This document shows, piece by piece, positions 24,664 through 38,657 of a DNA stretch of 64,000 nt (position 1 is the stretch's first letter; each line of letters begins with the position of its first letter). The notes under the pieces were generated by a model, which saw only the letters and a list, made by a program, of their open reading frames with translations, was not told the DNA's origin and made no database searches. Made by a program: the position numbers and the translations under genes. This DNA comes from Octopus sinensis (taxonomy: Eukaryota). The stretch spans positions 82,150,001-82,214,000 of the forward strand of contig NC_043001.1 of the NCBI RefSeq assembly GCF_006345805.1, read 5' to 3'.

Positions 24664-26015
24664 GGAAGGCGGCGAGCAGGCAGAAATGTTAGCACGCCGG
24701 GCGAAATGCTTAGCGGTATTTCGTCTGTCTTTATGTTCTGAGTTCAAATTCCGCTGAGCTCGATTTTGCGCTTCATCCTTTCGAAGTTGATAAATTAAGT
24801 ACCAATTGCGTACTGGGGGCGATCTAATCGACTGGCCTCTTCCCCCAAAATTTTGGGCCTGGTGCCTAAAGTAGAAAAGATTATTACTATCAAGGTGGGC
24901 AAGCTAGGCAAAATGCTTAGCGGTATTTCGTACGTCAGATTGATCTGAGTTCAAATTCCGCCGAGGTCGACTTTGTCTTTCATCTCTTTGGGGTCGATAA
25001 ATTTAGTACCTGTTGCGTACTGGAGTCGATCTAATCGACTGCCTATCATACCTCCAAAATTTTGGGTCTTGTGCCTAGAATCGTTAGCACGCAGGGCAAA
25101 ATGCTTAGCAGCATTTCGTCCGTCTTTACGTTCTGAATTCAAATTCTGCAGGAGTCCACTTTGCCTTTCATCTTTTCGAGGCCGATAAGTACCAGTTGAA
25201 CATTAGGGTCTATACAATCGACTTAGCCGTCCCAAACCTACTGGCTTTGTGCTAAAATCTGAAACCAATATCATTATTGACATAAAGGTGGCGAGCAGGC
25301 AGTATCGTTAGCACGCCGGGAAAAACGCTAAACTGCACTTCGTCTGTCTTTACGTTCTGAGTTCAAATTCCGCCGAAGTCGACTTTGCTGTTCTTTTTTT
25401 CGAGATCGATAAAATAAGTACCAGTTGAACACTGGGGTTGATGTAATCGACTAGCTCCCTTTCCCCCAAATTGCCCCACGGAAATTGGGCTGAGAACGTA
25501 AAGACGGAGGAAAAACCGCTAAGTATTTTGACCGGAGTGCTAACGATTCTGTCAGCTTGCCGCCTTAATAATCCTTTCTGCTATAGGCACAAAGCCTGAA
25601 ATCTTGGGGGATGGGAATAACCGATTACATCGACCCCAGCGCGCAACTGGTACTTACTTTATCTATCTCGAAAGGATGAAAGGCGAAGGCAAAGTCAAAC
25701 TCGGCAGAATTTGAACTTACAACGTAAAGACGTACGAAATGCGGTTAGACATTTTTCCCGGTGTGCTAACGATTCTGCCAGATCGCCGCCTTAATAACAA
25801 AAATGATAATAATTCTTTCGTCGAATTTCGGCACAAAGTAACTTTGAGGGGAGGGGTTTAGTTGATCACATTGACCTCAGTGCTCAACTGGTATTTATTT
25901 TATCGACTCCGAACGGATGAAAATCAAAATCGATCTCAGCGTGATATGAACTCTCGACGTATAGAAGCAGAACAAATACCGCATAATAGTTTTGTTAGAC
26001 TCTGTAAAGATTCTA
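24664..26015. repeat. Convergent SINE-C array (four + units, then three - units)
   Basis: GAGTTCAAATTCC and CATCCTTTCG...GTCGAT cores recur at ~200-bp spacing; orientation flips near 25478. Confidence 0.85.
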
Positions 26016-26986
26016 TTACGGTTGAACTAAAGATAAAAATAATTATTACATTGCCCTTGTGGCAAACAAAGAAAACATTATTATGATGTTTATTGTTGCT
26101 TTTTGTGTTGTGAGCTAAACGGACTTGTGTTCCCCGTAGAGGAAATAGATTTGTCACGGTTGTATTTAATGGAAGTAAGTTTCTTTGGTTAATTATCGGG
26201 ATACAGAGTAGCAGAACTGTTTCAGTGTTCATGCTGTTTTGCCTTGGGTTGAAAAAATAAGATTTGTTCTCGGAGATTTTACGTGTTTCTATTTGCAAAA
26301 CATTTCGTCTTTTCATATTTCAAAAACACACTTTTTGCACTTGAGAAAGGGGTGTTTGCCACTATGGTCTTAGCACCAACATAACCAAATGCGACCTTCA
26401 CTAGCCAAAACTAACTTGGGAAAAATAAAACAAAACATTATCACTTTGCTAATAATAGCAAAGAAAAAAACAATGATTTTGTGGCAGCATTGATTTAAAC
26501 GTTTACAGTGAAATGGTAAGCAGCAACTACGAAAACAATAACAAAAACAAAATTGGCGAACGGACATGTTAGTGATATTGGAAGTCGTTCTGTGCAAGCT
26601 ATTTGTAAGGAAAAAAGTTTGAATTTAGAAAGGAACCAGGTGTAAAGAAAACAAAACATAAAAGTGTGGCGATGCTGTATCATAGAAATGTATGGCTGTA
26701 GAATGTTCCATGAGCAGGCCAGGTAAAAAGTGACATTTCTCTTGAAAACATACAGAATGGTCTTCACAAAAAGAGGAGGAATTCTCGGTGTGCTTCAAAA
26801 AAATAAAAACAAAATAAAAAGGAAAAAAAAGAAAAAATGAACTAATGCAATCCCGTTCTGGTGTATGAGATAGCGTACAGCCTATCGACTAGGGCTCGAC
26901 ATACAAAATTATTAGCCTGGTGTTGAAGACCGGATGGTGATGCGATAGACAACAAAGAAATATATATGCTTGTTTATTTGTTTGTT

Positions 26987-27059
<73 letters not shown>

Positions 27060-27639
27060 CAAACCATAAATATTCATCTCTCATAGCTCCTGACATTTTA
27101 TGGTTTTTATACTTCCCATGAAATAATCTTATTGATCATTTCTTCTGCATTTCAGCAGCACGGACATTCAACATTACACTTTTTTGCATTGGATTTGTCA
27201 TGTGGTCTGATAGCCACGTTCGTTAGAGGAGCTTTGTAAGATAGCCACATGAATTTCTGAATCTGCCGCGTCTTATACTACAAATTTATACAGCACACAC
27301 ACACATACGCACACGCATTTGCACACGCACACACTCACACACACATATAGCGTTATACATCTGCCAGCGGCATAACAAGAGTAAAAGTAGACAAGGAGTC
27401 TACGTAGAATTCCTAGACATGTTTCTACACGACGAAGGAGATTTTAAAAATAATCTCATACGTGAAAATGTTTAACAGTACTTTCAGGAATGATAATCAC
27501 TTAACTCTAAACTAGAAAAAATAGTTAAGAATTTTTGCGAAAATCGCCCTAGCTTCAATTAAGACGGCTTTCAAAAGCCAGTATATCGCCATTATGAGTT
27601 CTTTGTATAAATGCACTTGATCCGCGAAGAGTGAATCAA

Positions 27640-28400
27640 TAAGTTGAGATGTGGTGATCATCGCTCGCTCTCCTTCTAGACAACACAGAATTCTATACCT
27701 CTTTCAGCCATTTCTAGGTAGGGTGATATTGTGTTGCAAAGTCATGAATCTTGAGGTAAATATGATCTTAGGTCCGAATGGTTGGCACTCGACGTGAAGA
27801 TTAGTGGACGAAATAATGCATTCAGAGTAGTAACCATCAATATTTGACAGTGGCAAGGAGATCACGCATTTAGAAGCTTTCCTCAAAGTATCTTATCTTA
27901 CGCCGTTAGTGGGTGGCTGGAATATCCTCTTACATGCACGCAAGGATTATGTTGGAATAGCTGATAGAAGAGGGTGAGTATAACACTCGCAAAACTGCTC
28001 AGGAAATTCCAGTTGGTTGGCATGTACCATTTGGAATTCTGGAATATATACCAATTCAGATTTGGGTAAACGACAGCTGGGCACCCAGGTTTCACACGCA
28101 ATTTCTATTAGATTAACCAATAAGGATGGTGTCAGTTGCCTCTTGTTCAACTCTACACATACGGCCATGATGCAGCAACCAGTAAGCAACCCTGTTCAAG
28201 ACGCGTACAGAGTGACGATACTCTCCGACACGCACTCACTCGGTGCATCTCTATCAGTAGTTAGTGAGATTGTGTTGGATCCGCTCATTGGCCGATGCTC
28301 TAGTGAGGATCGAACCAGTGTCTTCCTCTGGTAACAAAAAAGAAGAGCTTGTCATCCACTGTTCGGCGGCTATGGCGAACGTTTGAGGACAGCTCCTTTT
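27640..28400 (+). pseudogene. Decayed Tx1/L1-type AP-endonuclease region
   Basis: Frames give LALDVK...AFRVVTI, HLEAFL...LVGGWNILLHARKDYVG (cf. LVGDWNAILD), FQLVGMYHLE. Many stops. Confidence 0.55.
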
Positions 28401-28509
28401 TTTCTCCCTCAGGCCAGTACTCGATCAACCATTCAGCCATTTTACATACCCTTCGATTACAACGATTATAGATCTCCTTAAAACAGCTACTTCTAACACC
28501 ACCACCACC

Positions 28510-28541
<32 letters not shown>

Positions 28542-28719
28542 CAACCCCACCACCACCACCACCGCCGCCACTATACTTCCTTTCCTTTTGCTGTTGGTAT
28601 TCTTATTGAAACATTTGTTATACTGGTTATTAAAAACATTTTTATTTTCATTCTAACGCTGTGGAGAGTTATTGGTATTAAGGATGTTCATATGGCAGTT
28701 ACTGCCGTTGTTTTGTTAT

Positions 28720-28741
28720 GTTGCTATTGCTGATGTTTTTC

Positions 28742-28795
<54 letters not shown>

Positions 28796-28881
28796 TATTA
28801 TTATTATTATTATTATTCATATTTCACTTTTCTACAATTAGAACCAATAATTAGATAGCATTACACACACAGACGCACATA

Positions 28882-28978
<97 letters not shown>

Positions 28979-29070
28979 CATATATAGTATGAATGCGCAT
29001 ATATGTATATAAAAGTATATGTTCGTGTGTGTATGTATATATTATATTTCTATATTGGTGTATATATATA

Positions 29071-29125
<55 letters not shown>

Positions 29126-29429
29126 TTCAAGCTCAAACATGGACGCACACACAACACACTCACAACATACACACATTCAGATACATATTCAAGATAAAGA
29201 TAAAGATGGGCAAAAATATCGATATACATTATTGATGCTTTTGCCATTTTTCATCAACCAATGAGAAGACGATGATTCATCGAACTAATGGCGGATCTGT
29301 CCATGGATGAGATGTTTTATCTAATATAATTGTAATTAAGCAATCTTATGTTATATCGAGTTATTAACAATGCCTCTCTAATAGATATGAAAAATGAAAG
29401 CGACTGACTGATGTTTTTACTGCACATAC

Positions 29430-29474
<45 letters not shown>

Positions 29475-29498
29475 ATATTATATATATATATATATATA

Positions 29499-29535
<37 letters not shown>

Positions 29536-29738
29536 CATGTTTATATGTGTATATATGTATGTGTATGTGCGTAAGAATATGACTTTGTCTGTCGGGCAGT
29601 CTGTACGTATTTTGTATATATGTGCATGCGTGTGTATGTATGGTATGTGTGTATATATGAATGCATTAGCACATATGTAGACACACATCCATATATATAT
29701 ATATATATTATATATATAGATATATATATATATTATAT

Positions 29739-29771
<33 letters not shown>

Positions 29772-30297
29772 TTGTGTATGTATGTATATATATATATATG
29801 TATATATGTATATCTATGTATTGTTCATTTTTATACGTGTGTAGGTATATATTTATGTATATATATATACATATATACATATGTATATACATATATATAT
29901 ATAGACATATATATATATATACATAAATACACACACGCATATATATATATACAGACACACTCGTATTAAAATCTTATAAACTGTACCTTGACATTAATTT
30001 CGTATATGTGCATTAATCAATGTTCGTGAGTGTGTGTGATACCCATACACTCTTTTATAGATACATGCACATGCACGCTCGCATGCATGCACACACACAT
30101 ACACTCTCACTCTCACACACACACGCACACGCACACATGCACACACACACACACGCACACACACACACACGCACACACACACACACACAACATATATGTG
30201 TGTGTGTGTGGGTGTGTACGTGTGTATGCACCTACATATACTTCTATAAATTTTCAATAAATATAACTTTAATTTAAAAGCATAAAGCTTACTTGCA

Positions 30298-30344
<47 letters not shown>

Positions 30345-30400
30345 TACACACACACCCGCCCATGCACGCACATATATATAAATCGTATATATAAAAAGCG
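28720..30400. repeat. Microsatellite field: (TTA)n, (TA)n, (TG/CA)n
   Basis: Direct reading; short unique spacers between tracts. Confidence 0.9.
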
Positions 30401-30879
30401 TATTATAATGATGATCGCCCGACGATATATATAGACATAAATTTGACATTGTCTCCTATTTCTCCACCACGCTGAGAAAGTCCAACTTATGGAACTTCTA
30501 TGGAAATGCATTTCACTATAGCCCCAGGCCTACCAATGCCTGGTGAGTGGATTTGGTAGACGGCGCAAGAGATCTTGATAGAATGAATATCTGACTTTAA
30601 AATAAGTACTGGAGTCAAATTGTTGGACCACACACTTCAAGTGATGCCCCTGGATGGCAACAGTCCGAGGGCTAAAATAAGTAAATGGTAAAAGGTATTA
30701 GAAATAATCGGAATCCAGAACGTGTCAAGATGGTCGCTTTAGATCGCCAGTCTAATACTCTTCTACGAAGCAAAAAAAACAAAAAAAACTCTAATAATCT
30801 GTGATGTCAATGTAACCAGCGCTATTTAGCTTTACTCTTGCAACATTCTGACATGGGCTGGAGGGTCCGAGAGGTAAAA

Positions 30880-31620
30880 CGATATTGAGAGACTCTGTCC
30901 GTCTATCCATCGTCTGTGCCCACCATTCCTGGGAAGATCATGGAGGTAGGATCCTCAGGTGCGTCCTTTTCTTGGGTCCTATGAGAAGCAACTGTCATTA
31001 CACGTTCCGCTGGATTCCCAAGCATGACCAAATGAGATTATAGATATTATCCAACCATCTCGTTCTTGCTCTATACTTAGGTATCTTGCCGGTTGGCTCA
31101 GTTTGAATAATCCGTTTTGCAGTTGTTTCCCACCAGATTCTAATCCCATGTCATAGTAATTGGAGCGCTGAGAAGCAGTGATTCGACCTGGACTTCACCC
31201 TAATATCCGAGCTACGCATCGTCTAATGTTACTCAAGAGGTGCTTCAGAAGAATCCAGTTTTGGTCGCTTGTATTCGCAATCATTCATTACCCAACGTTC
31301 ATGATCATAGGTGAAAACAGGCACGCAAACTTTACTGAAGATAGCGAGTGTGTCTTTTATTTTTCAGCCTCTCCTCTTGTGAGGATCGAATGCTGGAGCT
31401 GCCACATAACTCTGCTGGCATATTCAACTCCAGCATCCAGTCTGGTCGCCTCCTTCTTAACACTGGTGAATACGGCCTTGAAATACTTAAATTTCTGTTT
31501 GTCTCAATGGTGTTCCACTAACATGCAGAGTACATTGCGATGATTTGAAAGGACTAATGTCTCAGTCTTCGCAACACAAATTCTCATCGAACTAGAGACC
31601 TCATGAGTGCGAAGCTGACT
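30880..31620 (-). pseudogene. RTE-clade LINE, 3' RT fragment
   Basis: CTLHVSGTPL, KFKYF, ELDAGVEYASRVM, VPVFTYDHERWVMN (cf. PILTYGHESWVM), RSSDIR. Confidence 0.75.
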
Positions 31621-32224
31621 TGTTTAATGTTTACAGTGTAATTAACACGCATGTATATCTGAAGATCCTCTTCGAACATATCACTACTGAATAATATTAT
31701 GCAAATCAATTAGTGGAACTTGAAGTAGCAACTGCTTCAAGAGACTGTATTTGATAATGGAGACTGTATTAGATAATTGTGTCTGAATTTGGCACAAGGC
31801 CAACAACTTTCATAAGAGGGAAAGTCGATTACCCACTAGTTGATTGCCATTCATCTTTTTTTATGTAAACAGTATAAAGCTGCGAGGCGCAAGTCTAAGC
31901 AAGCTGGAGATGCGGGTCTAAGCAGTTTTTTTTTATAACACCCCTCCTCTCTCTGGGCAATCTCAGACTTTGAGCACGTTGTCTATTCAGTTTGAAAATC
32001 AGGATGCTGGTACAAGGGATGTTATAAAAAAAATGAGAAGGTAGATGCAAAAAGTGGAAGAGTGAACAGAAACGGAAAAAGGAACGAAATTGAAGAAAGA
32101 TAAGAAAATTAGAGCTATGTATCCTTTGACCGTAAAGCGATAATAATTCTATTTGTTGTAGAATAATTCAATTGAGGGAGTCCAAAGAGCAGCGCAATCC
32201 AGAGAGAGTGGTATCCTCCAGTTC

Positions 32225-32700
32225 GCCAAAAACTTTGTCCATATTTTTGTGTATGATTAAAATTTGTGATCTGGAATCCTGTAGTGAGTTGGAATTCTTA
32301 GATTTAAAAATATATGCATTCTTTCAGTTATGCATAAATTGCATTTCTTAGGTCCCTTGACATATGACATGGATTTCTCTTGGTTGTATATGGTGTGCGG
32401 TTGGTCATCAAACCCCATAAGTGGTTAGTCGACTTTGTGTATCTAATTTTGTTGATATGCCGTAAAGAAGACATGTGGTTTGCATAACACCTTTTGAAAT
32501 CACCTTTGCATAACCAGATGCAATTTTTCTTTTCAATTAGGTTATCATTAAGCTTTGGTGTGATTTCTGCCTCATGTACGACGGAGTTTATCATAAATGC
32601 ATGGCCAAGTGGGCAAATTTCAGAGTATCGACAGGTACAACTAAGAGTTTCCTTTTGGTGATGTTTAAGAGTGATAATGTTGTTCAGTTCTTCATATTAC
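32225..32700 (-). pseudogene. Penelope-like element GIY-YIG endonuclease fragment (different lineage from the 56-58 kb element)
   Basis: CTCRYSEICPL...NSVVHEAEI...CIWLCKGDFKRCYANHMSSLRH resembles CNCR..CPL..VIY....YIGL...FK.RY.NH..SF of PLE endonucleases. Confidence 0.65.
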
Positions 32701-33086
32701 GACAGCGCGTGCGTGCGTGTGTCTGTGTGTGTATTTGCGTGTAAATAAATATATACTAGAGATACTTTACACTAGAGCTGCATTTATTTCATATGTATAT
32801 ACATAAATAAATAATTATATACATGCATACATATACTCATATATATTTACGACAGGCTTTTGCGTAATTTATTTTTCAGTTAGACGCCACTGACACGACA
32901 ATAGTCGTTCCCTGGTTATAGTTTCTGCACAATGGGATCGAATCCGAATCTACCAGGTCGTGAATACATTACTTTAATGATAGGCCTTCCTCACGTCTTT
33001 CTAAACCCGATCACGTTTGGCAAAATTGATGCGGTAGTCGTTTAGCTTTACTGGCAAATGTCTCTATGTAAGAAGGCAGTTCCATT

Positions 33087-33335
33087 GGCCATGCGTGGCT
33101 TAGTGGTTAGGGTGTCAGTATCATGATAGTAGGATTGTGGTTTCGATTCCTGAACCGGGTGACGCGTTGTGTTCTTGAGCAAAACACTTCCTCTCACGTT
33201 GCTCTAGTCCACTCAGCTGGCAAAAATGAGTAACGCTGCGATCGACTGGTGTCCCGTTCAGCTGGGGAACACATACGCCATTGAAACCGGGAAACCGGGA
33301 TTATGAGCCTGGCTAGGCATTAAAAGGGCGCATTT
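33087..33335 (+). mobile_element. SINE family A, well preserved
   Basis: A box TGGCTTAGTGG, B box GTTTCGATTCC, CACGTTGCTCTAGTCCACTCAGCTGGCAAAAATGAGTAAC. Confidence 0.92.
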
Positions 33336-34274
33336 ATTTATTATTTATATATATATATAGGAATACACTTAATGATTTTCTATGTTTGTTTAAAATATGT
33401 GACCTTGTGTTATCTACAGTTGGTTAAATATATATAAGTGTATAGGAGATTAGAAGGTGAATACAATTCCATTACTAAATAACACACCACAATAGCCTGC
33501 TGGTAACAACATATTGCTCCATCATATATGAAACGGGAATCTTTTCTGAAATATTATAGGATTATTAATCAACCTTAGTAAAGTGAAACGATGCCTTTTC
33601 CTTTTGTTTTTATTTATTTACATTACCTTATTATTGTTTTTATTAACTCCTCTTCATTACTTAAAGAATATTTCAAACGTTAATATCATTTACACATTGA
33701 AATGCTTCAGATAGATTACAATATTTTATTTATTATGTTACGGTCATCAGTATTAATTTTTAAATAACTAGCAAACTACCAAAGCAACAATATGGACGCA
33801 GTTATATAACATTCTCTAAACGTACTATATCCGGTTATGTTAGCTTTTGACTTTTATGCTGAAATCACACGCCGTCTTCGTCATACACTTTTTTCACCAA
33901 CCATTGCTTTTTCAAGCAGTCGTTTCATTCGTCGTTCCATTGCATGAGAGAAGCTTGGCTTACGAGAAGTCAATATTTAAACTTGTTTTTTTGGTTTGTT
34001 TTTGAGAATAGATATAGTATTACTGTATATTTGTTTCAGTCATTGGGATGCGGTCATGTTGAGGCAATCTTGAAGGGTTCAGACGAACAAATCGACCCCA
34101 GTTCTTTTCTTTTTGAAGTCTGGTACTTATTCAATCAGTTTCTGTCTACCAAATTCAATCACAAAGCTTTGGTCGGTTCGAGACTATAGTAGAAGACACT
34201 TTCCCAATGTGTCCCACAGTGGAACTTAACCCGGAGCCATGTCGTTAGGAACAAAACTTATAACCACAAAGTGT

Positions 34275-34983
34275 GAGACTACTTTTCTCCGGCAAAATTA
34301 TGCTGCGTCGGCAAAATATTTTGGGTGGAGGGTGACTCCACCCTTCCTACGCATGCGTGAAATTTTTCAAACTGGCAGACCATGTCAGTTCTTGGTTGCT
34401 ACGCTAGGGTACAAATAGTCAAGCTCAAACCATCCTGAAAATTTAGTAGGCTTTTGGCGATGATGCCACACCGCTTCAAACATAACCGAGGTACGTTCAG
34501 GCAGGCTAGTCACAAGCCGAAGGGAGGAACCAGCTAAGAACTTTTGGTGAATAGTCATGGAAGACCGTCGTGAAACAATACAGGAAATTGCTCACGAAGT
34601 GAAAACAAGCACAGGATCAGTGCATTCAGTTTTAACAGAGGAGGATTTGTGTATGTGGAGAGTGCTGGCGAAGGAGCAGAAGCAACATTGCATGGAAATT
34701 ACTAAGGACATGCTAGGCTGTGTAAACCACGACGCAGATTTCATCGCTGGTGATGGTACATGGGTTTATGATCTCTGCTCGATGCGTTTAGTCATCTTGC
34801 GTAAAACACGAAAATCTGACGGGCACGCATTGTAACAGGCGGGGGCTGACGCAGCCTACCGGCGCGAAAAATTTTCCACGTGTGCAGTAAGGGTGGCGTC
34901 ACCTCCTGCCCAAAGGACTTTTCCCACCCGGCATTAGCTTTGACGGGAAAAAGCGAAGTCGGATACTTTTTGAACGCACCATA
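34275..34983 (+). mobile_element. Internally deleted mariner derivative with long degenerate terminal inverted repeats
   Basis: ORF 34557-34835 EDRRETIQEIAHEV...GSVHSVL...GDGTWVY (mariner HTH and first D). The terminal ~120 bp are inverse-similar (GGTGACTCCACCCTT / AAGGGTGGCGTCACC). Confidence 0.75.
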
Positions 34984-34999
34984 CACACACACACATAAC

Positions 35000-35412
35000 T
35001 GATGAAGGGAACGGAAGATAGATTTAACAATAATCTTTATTCAGTACGACGGTCGTTTCCACTCCTCCTACGACTGACCTTTAGGGGTGAGATATTGTGC
35101 ACTTGGTTGTGTTGCATCGACCAGTGCAGTCTGGGTCACATCAGTTTCATGCATACAGAAAGTGGTGTCCGCTAAATATATTGTGTTCTCGCAGGCATGT
35201 TTTTGTTACGCGCTGCCTGCGAGAACTCAATATATATAGCGGGACACCACTTTCTGTATGCATGAAACTGATGTGACCCAGACTACACTGATCGATGCAA
35301 CACAATCAAGTGCACAATATCTCACCCCTAAAGGACAGTCGTAGGAGGAGTCGAAACGACCGTCGTACTGAATAAAGATTATTGTCAAATCTATCTTCCG
35401 TTTCCGTCATCA
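35000..35412. repeat. 413-bp palindrome (198- and 199-bp arms, 16-bp spacer)
   Basis: Arms 35000-35197 and 35214-35412 are reverse complements with 10 substitutions and 1 indel by manual alignment. Confidence 0.97.
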
Positions 35413-35593
35413 ATAATTATTAACTCAATTGACACTGCGGAATTTCTGAAGGAGATCTGCGGAATCCCTGAAGAAGATCAGGCGGAAATATACTTCGACC
35501 ATAGCTGACACCAGGTAGACCAAACTGTGAACGTTTACTCAATACACTAATTGACGTATACCCATTAGTCCCCGAAATTACACACACATGCGT

Positions 35594-35626
<33 letters not shown>

Positions 35627-36083
35627 ACAAATATATATAACATATATATATATATATAACAACAAGTTATATATATATATATAACAACAACAACAAAAAC
35701 AAATTACACGAACGTATATAAACAGAAGATACAAATATTATAGGCACCCCCCCACACACACACTAACTAAACATAGACGCACATAGAGATATAAGCATGC
35801 GCAAATGAAGACATACAATAGAAATACAAAATGGCTGACGGTTAGTAAGGAGAAACACAAATAAGAAAGAAGAAAACAAAGGACCACTGATGCGGTCACA
35901 GGAGTGTGACGAAAGAACTCTGGCCGAAATAAGATTAAGATTAATGTAAAAAATAAATAACACTGAAGTAAAATAACACCAAATATATAGTGCGTGTGTT
36001 TTTATTGGCTAAACTGGCAAAATGACCATTCCGAAATATAACAACATCTGTTTCAACAAACGACTTCACATAAAAAATCTTGC

Positions 36084-36122
<39 letters not shown>

Positions 36123-36198
36123 GCATACAAAATGGGACAAGAACGCAAAACATCCAGACAGTTAGGTGATACAAGGGACAACAAAACATCCAGATAGA

Positions 36199-36243
<45 letters not shown>

Positions 36244-36834
36244 ACACGCTTCATTCAGTTTCTGTCTAGCAAATCCACGTCAAGACTCTGATCAAGACTC
36301 TATGGTAGAAGACACATGATCAAGGTGCCACGCAGAGGGAGTGATCCGAAAACAACATGGTTGGGAAGCAAACTTTTTCTGGTTTCAGTCATGGAGATTT
36401 ACATTCGTATACAGTTTATCATGAAATTAATAGGCAGTAGAGACTGTTGAAAGCTCTGTTGGCCAACCGTTATTATCAAACAGCATCTAAGGCAACTTAA
36501 TGTCGTAAAAATGACACGGTCACTTTAGACAATTTCTTAGATAACTTTCCGATCGGTAATTTATTGGTGATGAATAAATATGAAATATCTACAATAAATA
36601 TATTTCTTACGTACTGGAATCTATTACATTTAATATGTCTCACCATAGGTCGAGATGCTTGACAAGATATAATTAACTATGTCTGCTTCATATTCCAGCA
36701 AGAAAAACTGAATACAAGTCACTGTTTATGCTGTTATTTAGCCCTCGGTTGAACTTCAGGGGATACGGTTGCGATCAATGATATCCTCGCCATGATCATA
36801 CGATCTGTTTCAACAGCACTGTGTACCTTTACTT

Positions 36835-37235
36835 TTTATCTTTTACTTGTTTCAGTTATTGGACTGCGGCACACCTTTAAGGGTTAGTCAAATAAATCGA
36901 TTCCAGTACTTATTTTACTTAAGCCTAGTATTTATTCTATCGGGGACATTTACCGAACTGCTAAGTTGTCAAGAGGTGGTAAGGAACAAACACAAAGCCA
37001 CACACACATACACACACATATATATGTATGTATAAATGTATATATATATATGTATATAAATGTATACGTACGCGGCACATACACACATTTATGATGTGCT
37101 TCTTTCAGTTTCCGTTTACCAAAAGTTCCATTGACTTTGGTCGACCTGGAGCTATATTAGAAAACGTTTACCCATGGTGCCGTACAGTGTGATTGAACCC
37201 AAAACCATGTGGTTTGGAAGCAAATCTCTTACCAG
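36835..37235 (-). mobile_element. SINE family B (degenerate). Further B fragments at ~33995-34270 (-), 36250-36385 (-), 39255-39570 (+), 54420-54610 (-), 62170-62425 (+), 63830-64000 (-)
   Basis: Family B motifs. Confidence 0.8.
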
Positions 37236-38403
37236 AAAGCCGCATACATCAAATGTATCCCTTTTTAAAGCTATGATAACGTGTGAAATTTGTCAGTTTT
37301 TAAAGCTTTGCGACAGACCATTTAGAGGATCCCTTGTTAGTTTGATATCTCATAAAGTTCAGATGATGGCGAAGAGAATTCATAGCAGATAGTCGTCAAG
37401 AATATGGTAAATGTTCCAAAATCCAGTATCTTGTGATATAACATTGTTAATGATTATGTCTTTCTATCACAAGCAAATACTATTCCACACATGTCGAGGT
37501 AGTGGTTGATGTTGTTAGATGGATTTTTCATAATACTTGATTGGTACAATATCTTATCATAAGTCGGTCCCGGTGGGTTTTGAACTCAGAACGGCTAAAC
37601 ACTGAAAGATATTTAGTCCGGTGCTCTCCCGTTTATTAGATAGTAAGAAAGCATTTTCTTCAGACACTATTTATTCTACCATTTCGTCCTCCTTCTTGTA
37701 ATTATAGTCAACTGTCTGTCCCCTTGGATATTCCACGATTTAACTAAAAACAGCCAGAAAGTATTAGCGGTCAATATGGCGTTGATTAGGACGTCTCTTC
37801 CTCTTTCCATGCAGTCTCTTGAGTTCGGTTTCAAAGCCCTCGACTCCAGCATCAAACACAGACTTCCATGCTTTACATATTTACAACACAACAAAATAAA
37901 TTCAATAAATTTAACAAATGACAAAAACTACAGAAATGAAATATTTTACTAATTTATGATTTGAAGATAAACAATAGTTTTCGTCAGTCATCCTCTAGTC
38001 TCACACGAGCGAAAGCTAATGGCGTGCGTACATATACACATACTCCCGCTCTCCCTTCCTACACAGCTAAGTTTTGTTTGTGCGTGTATGCATGTTTGTG
38101 TGTATGCGTGCCAAAAGAGTTCTCGTATGAGTATGTATATGTGTGCATATGTTTGAAGTGTTCATTTGAATTTCCTTCTCTTTCTCCCTCTCTCCGTCCC
38201 TATTTCTCTCTTCCCTCTCTCTATCTCTCGTACACACTTCTACCATCCACTTTCCTCTGTTCGACAGACATTTTGCCCCACAGGAATCTATCGTTAGCCC
38301 TTTCATATAATAGATATTTCATAATCTTAATAAGTGTACGATACGTATCTAGCGTACACCTAAGTTTATCCTACGTCTGTCTGTAAGAAATACTCATCTA
38401 GTG

Positions 38404-38657
38404 CAGTGGCTCTCAACCAAGGTCCACATGGCCATTGGGTGCCCATTTAAGATTTTGCCGTTAAAATTATATGCAACAAATTAGTTATACTTTTACAATG
38501 CACAAAATATTTAAATAATTTTTTTCTCTAATTCCTGTTAATATTTAACTATAAAAATGTAGCAGGATTTTTTAAACATTAAATGGCTATGAGTGTCCAT
38601 CCGAGTGAAACAGGAATCAAAGAGTCCCACGGGAAAGAATGGTCGAGAAGCACCACT
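38404..38657. mobile_element. hAT/Charlie-type MITE
   Basis: Ends CAGTGGCTCTCAACC / GGTCGAGAAGCACCACT; 8-bp flanks ATCTAGTG / TTCTAGTG, a 7/8-identical target duplication with the Charlie-like TCTAG core. Confidence 0.8.

Noticed and set aside
31926-32033. Small inverted repeat TTTTTTTTTATAACACCCCT / AGGGATGTTATAAAAAAAA as a MITE
   Set aside because: About half the match is poly-T/A, it is single copy here, and no superfamily TIR or TSD is recognisable.
35330-35375. Functional hammerhead in the palindrome arm
   Set aside because: Spacing fits, but the core reads TCGTAGGA rather than CTGANGA and stem II is one base pair; kept only as a hint of ancestry.
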